Of a DNA stretch of 64,000 bases, positions 59,036 to 64,000 are shown one piece after another; position 1 is the stretch's first letter; each line of letters starts with the position of its first letter. The DNA is from a virus. Taxonomy: Duplodnaviria; Caudoviricetes. Both the position numbers and the translations under genes were made by a program. Location: IMG/VR virus record IMGVR_UViG_3300045580_000473, positions 1-64,000 of that record; one strand, 5' to 3'. The notes below the pieces were generated by a model. That model worked only from the letters and a program-made list of their open reading frames with translations. It was not told the origin of the DNA and searched no databases.

Positions 59036-62000
59036 TCAATCCTCGGCTAAAAAGTGCAATCCAAGAGCCTTGGCTTCGTCGCCCGACAAGGTCTCGCCCC
59101 AGTGGACGAAGACTTCTCGGGACGAGCCAAAGTGATACGGACCGGCGTCAATCAACGAGCCGTCTAACCGACGCGGATAAAACGGCACATCATCAATCAT
59201 GCATTTCGGCACAACTTCTTTGTACACACGTTCAGCGTGCTCAATCGGGACGAGCAGCACGATGGCGTCATGAATCTGCAGCCCGATCTTGTAGTCGATA
59301 TCGGGGTGCTCTTCGCGGTACTTGTAGAAGTTGTACAGGGCGATAGACACGGCATCTGCCACGCCACCTTGAATCGGGAAGTTCTGAGCCTGTCGCTCCT
59401 GTTCGCCGCGGATCGCCCTGTCGTTAGACGGGACGAACCGACGGAAGCGGCCATAAGGCCCGACAATAAAGCCGGGGTCCTGCGACCGTTCACGGCACTC
59501 GGCTAAGAATGATTTGGTGCGAGGATACGAAGCGAAGTAAGCCTCGATCATCGCCTGACATTCTTCGGCCGAGACCTCTACACCTTCTTCTTTGCATTGC
59601 CGAGCCAGAGCTTCAGCACCGCGGCCGTACGGGATACCGAAGTTCACGTTTTTGGCCGCGATTCGTAAGCCCTTCTTGCCGGCTTTCTCCAGCCCCTTCT
59701 TGGTGGGCTCGACGTCCGTGATATTAAACGTCTTAATCGCCTGCTGGCTGTGGATGTCGTAATGATCCGGGTGACTCTCTGGTAAGAGGTTTCGCCGGAT
59801 GTGTTCGATCATCGCCTTGTCTTGGCTCAACCACGCGAGGACCGCCAGTTCCGCACCAGTGAGGTCTGTTTCGATACCGACATGCCCCTCCGGTACACGT
59901 AAGATAGATCGGACGGGGTGCGTGTACTGATCTTGGAGGATTCTGGCGTAATCGTTTTCTCGTCTGGACGAGAGGTTCTGCAAAGGCGGGCGTGACGAAG
60001 AAGCCCGCCCTGTTTCCTTCGTTTGGAAAAAGTGCGTACGTACTCGACCGTCGGCGTGAACACAACCGACAATGCCCTTTTCATAAACGAAATTGTCGTT
60101 TTCATCCGTGGCAAAATCTCCCTCTTCCGTGACGTTGGGCTTGCGGAGCACGGACTGCAAAACCTGACTGATGAACTTGTAGTCTCTGATTTTTGCCGCA
60201 GTGCTATTAATATGCCCGAGAATGCCAAGACTTTCTTTGTCGGTGCTCGGGACGGCTGTGTCGGGGTTCACGCCCCGCCAGCTTAACTCATTCCAGAGTA
60301 CCGGCCGCTTACCCGTAGTCTTCACAGGCCGCAGGTTGAGCAGCATCGCCCCTTCTGGCACAGTTGGCGAGTTGGTGTACCGGCCCGAGAAGCGTGTCCC
60401 GAACAGAGCCACCGACAACTGCGGCTGGCTTTTGGGATTAAAATCCGGCCAGTTCAGTTCTTCACGAATCTCCGCCAGCAGACGGTCCTGCGTGTTCATG
60501 AACAGCGTCGTCAGTTCATCGGCCCGGGTGCGGTCAACCACGAGCCCGGTCAGTTCCATTTCCAGAAATGCCAGCGACGCATTGTGGGCTGTCCAGTACG
60601 GCAGCCAGCAATCAAGGCCACGCTGATCTTTAGCCAGCAGGCCGTCACGCCCATTGGTGCCGTAGAACCGCATCATGATCCGCCGGGTGACGTCAACGTC
60701 GTAATTGCCGTACGGGTGCAGGATGTAGGCAGGGCACTCCCCGTAGCCGCCCACCTCGCCGGCCTTGAGCTTGTTGTCAGCCCGGTGCCGCTTAATCCAC
60801 GCGTTCAGTTCGTCCCAATACGTGGGAGCGGCCGTGAACCGGAGTGAACAGGCGTCGAGACCGAAACGGGCACACTCGTTAACGGCGTGATACATGAGAC
60901 TTGTATCCCAACCGCCGCGGGTACGATCGTCGGGGTCGGCGGACGGAGCGTACTCCGGGCGTACATCCACCCCAAAATCAATAAGCCATGGCAAGTCAGC
61001 ACGGAAAAAGTGGCCGCCCACACGGACGTGCCGTTCGGGCGTGCTTTTAAGAAGCCGCGTGAGGTGCTTCTTTGCGGCTTCAAGATTCGGCTTGAACGCC
61101 TCTGCCCCTCCTTGGTGACGTAAAACAACGGTACGAGCCCACCTGTCTTTGTTGGAGATTTGGATCGTCCGTAAATACGCCTCGGGCTCGGTCGGGTAGT
61201 CCCCGTGCCACTCGCAGTCGATAGCGATTATGTTGGCATTAGGGTCCGGGTCCGCCAGCATTTCATCGACAACAGCCGCAAGAGCGTCTTCGGTGTAGAT
61301 GTCGGCGTGATCGACTTCTTCCTCAGCCTGCTCGCGGTTATTGATGAGGTCCTTGAAGCGGGCCATCTGGCCGCTGAAGTCCTCGTACATCTCGGGCTTA
61401 CGGGCTACGTAGGCCGGATGCATGATGGACATGACCTTGACGTCACGCTCGTTGCCCTCGGCGTCATACACCTTGAGCGTCGTGGAGCGGCCGGCCAAAT
61501 CAGACACGCTCTTGGTAGTGTTGAGCACGGCCTTGGTGGCCTCGTTGCCCAGACACAGGATGTAGTCGGGCTGCACGAGCCTGATTTCCTGCTGCAAGAG
61601 CACGGCACAGTTTTTAATCCACGCCGCGGGGACAGCAGGAGTATCAGGCGTCGGCGTGCCGAACTTGCACGCAAACGTGACGTACCACTCCATGTACTCT
61701 TCGCGGTCGATGTCGTTGTCCCGCAGGGCCCGGAAGAACGGAATCATGCCCTGCCCCACAACGGCACTCTGCTCGCTGATTTCCTTGGGGCCGGGAATCT
61801 TGCCGACAACCATGATGCGAGCCCGCTTAGGCCCAAAGACAGGGTTATCGCCCTCGCCGTACTTCATCACGTGCCCGGGCAAGAAATACACGATCTCCGG
61901 GCCATGCTTGAGCAAAATCGGCATGCTGAACGTCGGGTCATACAACGCCCGCCGATACAGATGCTCAAGCTTCTCACCAACCGGTATAGTCTTTTTCTTC

Positions 62001-62185
62001 ACAGCAGTCGCTAACTCGGCGTCGTCGCCAAGGTCGATTGCGTGAGCAATAAAGTCGGCTCCCGCGGGGGGCATGCCGACAGCATCTAGCGGAACCATCG
62101 GGTAGAGGTCCGCGGTTAACTCTGCACCAGAGTTGTCATAGATTACTTGGGCATGCCTGTGCAGCAGGGATACCGAAGACGACAT
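59036..62185 (-). CDS. Family A DNA polymerase with N-terminal uracil-DNA-glycosylase-like and 3'-5' exonuclease domains
   Basis: IMVVG..PG..E...LGNEA...HPAY (UDG fold); DCE, ADL, YDVD (exonuclease); TGR.SS..P.LQN, D....EL, AKNVNFGIPYG, NFPIQ, IHD (polymerase). Confidence 0.93.
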   Translation of the reverse strand: MSSSVSLLHRHAQVIYDNSGAELTADLYPMVPLDAVGMPPAGADFIAHAIDLGDDAELATAVKKKTIPVGEKLEHLYRRALYDPTFSMPILLKHGPEIVYFLPGHVMKYGEGDNPVFGPKRARIMVVGKIPGPKEISEQSAVVGQGMIPFFRALRDNDIDREEYMEWYVTFACKFGTPTPDTPAVPAAWIKNCAVLLQQEIRLVQPDYILCLGNEATKAVLNTTKSVSDLAGRSTTLKVYDAEGNERDVKVMSIMHPAYVARKPEMYEDFSGQMARFKDLINNREQAEEEVDHADIYTEDALAAVVDEMLADPDPNANIIAIDCEWHGDYPTEPEAYLRTIQISNKDRWARTVVLRHQGGAEAFKPNLEAAKKHLTRLLKSTPERHVRVGGHFFRADLPWLIDFGVDVRPEYAPSADPDDRTRGGWDTSLMYHAVNECARFGLDACSLRFTAAPTYWDELNAWIKRHRADNKLKAGEVGGYGECPAYILHPYGNYDVDVTRRIMMRFYGTNGRDGLLAKDQRGLDCWLPYWTAHNASLAFLEMELTGLVVDRTRADELTTLFMNTQDRLLAEIREELNWPDFNPKSQPQLSVALFGTRFSGRYTNSPTVPEGAMLLNLRPVKTTGKRPVLWNELSWRGVNPDTAVPSTDKESLGILGHINSTAAKIRDYKFISQVLQSVLRKPNVTEEGDFATDENDNFVYEKGIVGCVHADGRVRTHFFQTKETGRASSSRPPLQNLSSRRENDYARILQDQYTHPVRSILRVPEGHVGIETDLTGAELAVLAWLSQDKAMIEHIRRNLLPESHPDHYDIHSQQAIKTFNITDVEPTKKGLEKAGKKGLRIAAKNVNFGIPYGRGAEALARQCKEEGVEVSAEECQAMIEAYFASYPRTKSFLAECRERSQDPGFIVGPYGRFRRFVPSNDRAIRGEQERQAQNFPIQGGVADAVSIALYNFYKYREEHPDIDYKIGLQIHDAIVLLVPIEHAERVYKEVVPKCMIDDVPFYPRRLDGSLIDAGPYHFGSSREVFVHWGETLSGDEAKALGLHFLAED

Positions 62186-62188
62186 GGT

Positions 62189-63262
62189 TCACCGTAAAAA
62201 TGATAGATCAGCCGTCACGCCAACAGCGGCGGCGGCTTCCGACAAGATGTCGAACAGGTCGGCCCGAGAGTAGTCCGCGGGATCGCGGGCGTCGGGCAGA
62301 ATCACAGGCACTACCTTGAGGTTATGCTGGCAGAGTTGCATAACGACCTGTTCCAACTCCTTTTGGGCGTCGCAGTCTAGCATGACGAACACAGGCTTTC
62401 CAGCCCACGTTGTCGCGATTGTGTTTTCCTGCCAATGCGACAACGTCTTGCCGAACAAGCACACCCCAGCTTTCCCAATTCGCCAGACACTCGGGGCACC
62501 TTCGACAAGCACAACCAGTTCTTCTTTCGCCGCGACGTCGTAGTTGTACAACGCACGGCTTTTATGGCCCTGCGTGTAGTACTTGATTTCGCCCTTATTC
62601 GCCTCCCGGGGAAGCCGACCCTGCCACGTCATCAATTTGTTGTTGAAATACGCCGGAATAAATATCCGACCATTCATGATGCGATAACGGGGCACAGCGT
62701 CTACGCAGACGCCAACACGAAAAACTTCCGAAAGCTCCCGCACATCAAATCCACGACCAGTCAAATACTCAATCGCGGGATGGTGATCGGGAAGTGTTTC
62801 CAGCGGCAAGATCGTACCGGGAAAGTCCAGCGTCTCATTCAAGTCTGGAAGCACGCCCTGTCGAATCACCACATTGCGGCGAATCGGCGTTCCCGGGCCG
62901 AAAATCAGGTCCTCAAGCTGCGACGCCCGACCCTCAACTTCAAGGCAATGGTTGCGATAGCAGTGGGCGAGATACGTGTCGTTTCGCCTACCGGTTTTCG
63001 GATTACAGGTCGCCCCGTAAAGATGATTAATCCAGAGCTTGAAGTTTGTCTCTCGGCAGAACGGGCAACAAACGCAGTAATATTCGCCCCAGCAGTGCGA
63101 CCGTGTCACAATCTTGCCGGTGCGGGGGTCTTCAAAACGCTGAATGCGAGCAGACGTGCCGGCATTTGCAATTCTGACTTCCCCGAATTTGTGCTCCAGC
63201 AAAGCATAGAGCGTCGGGTTCAACGGATTGACACTCGGCCCCAATGGCTGAGTCATCGTCAT
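62189..63262 (-). CDS. DNA primase (zinc finger plus TOPRIM)
   Basis: CPFC..HCY..HC; YL..RG; LYNYD; VEG; DCDA; DPAD. Confidence 0.85.
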   Translation of the reverse strand: MTMTQPLGPSVNPLNPTLYALLEHKFGEVRIANAGTSARIQRFEDPRTGKIVTRSHCWGEYYCVCCPFCRETNFKLWINHLYGATCNPKTGRRNDTYLAHCYRNHCLEVEGRASQLEDLIFGPGTPIRRNVVIRQGVLPDLNETLDFPGTILPLETLPDHHPAIEYLTGRGFDVRELSEVFRVGVCVDAVPRYRIMNGRIFIPAYFNNKLMTWQGRLPREANKGEIKYYTQGHKSRALYNYDVAAKEELVVLVEGAPSVWRIGKAGVCLFGKTLSHWQENTIATTWAGKPVFVMLDCDAQKELEQVVMQLCQHNLKVVPVILPDARDPADYSRADLFDILSEAAAAVGVTADLSFLR

Positions 63263-63270
63263 AAATACTC

Positions 63271-64000
63271 CTATGACAGCAGGTCCTGACCAAACGTATC
63301 AACCGCCGGCATGACGCGGCGGCGGGGACCAGCGGCGGACGGGGCAACCACAGCATTGTTATGCGACGTGGGCCCCATTTCGCCCTTGAGCATGATCTTC
63401 TTGGCCAACTCATTGATGTAGTACGTGTCGTCGACAGACTGCACGTCTACCACATGGTTATTAATCTGCACCAGCCCGAACGGCGAAGCCGGCCGGCCGA
63501 AGCGAATCTTGGACCAGTAGATTGTCGACACGAAACATTCTGGGTCGGGCTTGTTCAAGCACATGCAGGCGTGCAGGTTCTCGGCAAACGCCTTGGACCC
63601 TTGAGCATCAGCGTGACTCACATGTCGATAGGACGGAATACTCTTGATATCGCCCTGTGCCAACTGATGGGCGATGATAATCGTGCATCCCAGCGGAATC
63701 GCCACCTTGGTTTTAAGCTCGTCAGGCAGATTCTGGAGTTGCCGCCAAATTTGCTCCTGATACTTCGCGGCGGCATTCTGAGCCATTTCACGGTTAACCA
63801 TCGGGCCGGCGTAATCGAGGCACACCAGACCGATTTTCTTGCCCGTCTGCTCGGTCAGGTTGGTGAGCGTCATAGCCACTTCGTCTACGCCGCCGTTTCC
63901 TCGCCCGCCCGTTTCAGGGTTAGCCGAAAAATCGAGAAACGCGAAGTTGTTGTTGTACCACGCCTGCACCGCCGCCCAGCGTTCACGCTCGCCCAGCATC
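63271..64000 (-). CDS. DnaB-like replicative helicase, C-terminal part (start lies beyond the window)
   Basis: LDY Walker B; AHQL; GSK.......D-like; KIR; adjacent to primase. Confidence 0.7.
   Translation of the reverse strand, partial: MLGERERWAAVQAWYNNNFAFLDFSANPETGGRGNGGVDEVAMTLTNLTEQTGKKIGLVCLDYAGPMVNREMAQNAAAKYQEQIWRQLQNLPDELKTKVAIPLGCTIIIAHQLAQGDIKSIPSYRHVSHADAQGSKAFAENLHACMCLNKPDPECFVSTIYWSKIRFGRPASPFGLVQINNHVVDVQSVDDTYYINELAKKIMLKGEMGPTSHNNAVVAPSAAGPRRRVMPAVDTFGQDLLS

Overview
This window looks like part of a large (probably jumbo) dsDNA tailed-phage genome. Nearly all credible genes lie on the minus strand and read in the standard code. A Planctomycetota host is plausible from protein style, but this is inference only. 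In transcription order (right to left) it contains: a replication/recombination block (DnaB-like helicase, primase, family A DNA polymerase fused to a uracil-DNA-glycosylase domain, possible SSB, RecA/UvsX-like ATPase, RuvC-like resolvase); a probable portal protein; nucleotide-salvage enzymes (tmk, cdd, tdk); two glycosyltransferases; two GxT collagen-like fibre proteins and a five-repeat propeller protein; an accessory region with a tmRNA, five tRNAs (Asp, Glu, Val, Leu, Lys), two aberrant tRNA-like elements and many intergenic hairpins; and a cluster of Gly-zipper, low-complexity proteins that may be internal virion proteins. Two unexplained patterns stand out. (1) Five accessory transcription units each open with GCTAAA-N16-GGCATAT and close with a hairpin plus TTTTTTTAGCTATC, so each unit is bracketed by (A)GCTAAA/TTTAGCT inverted repeats. 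(2) The 1-13.6 kb proteins share FG-xx-A and K-x-A peptide motifs that fall between unrelated modules, suggesting head-targeted, protease-processed polyproteins. All calls come from manual motif reading; no database searches or folding programs were run.
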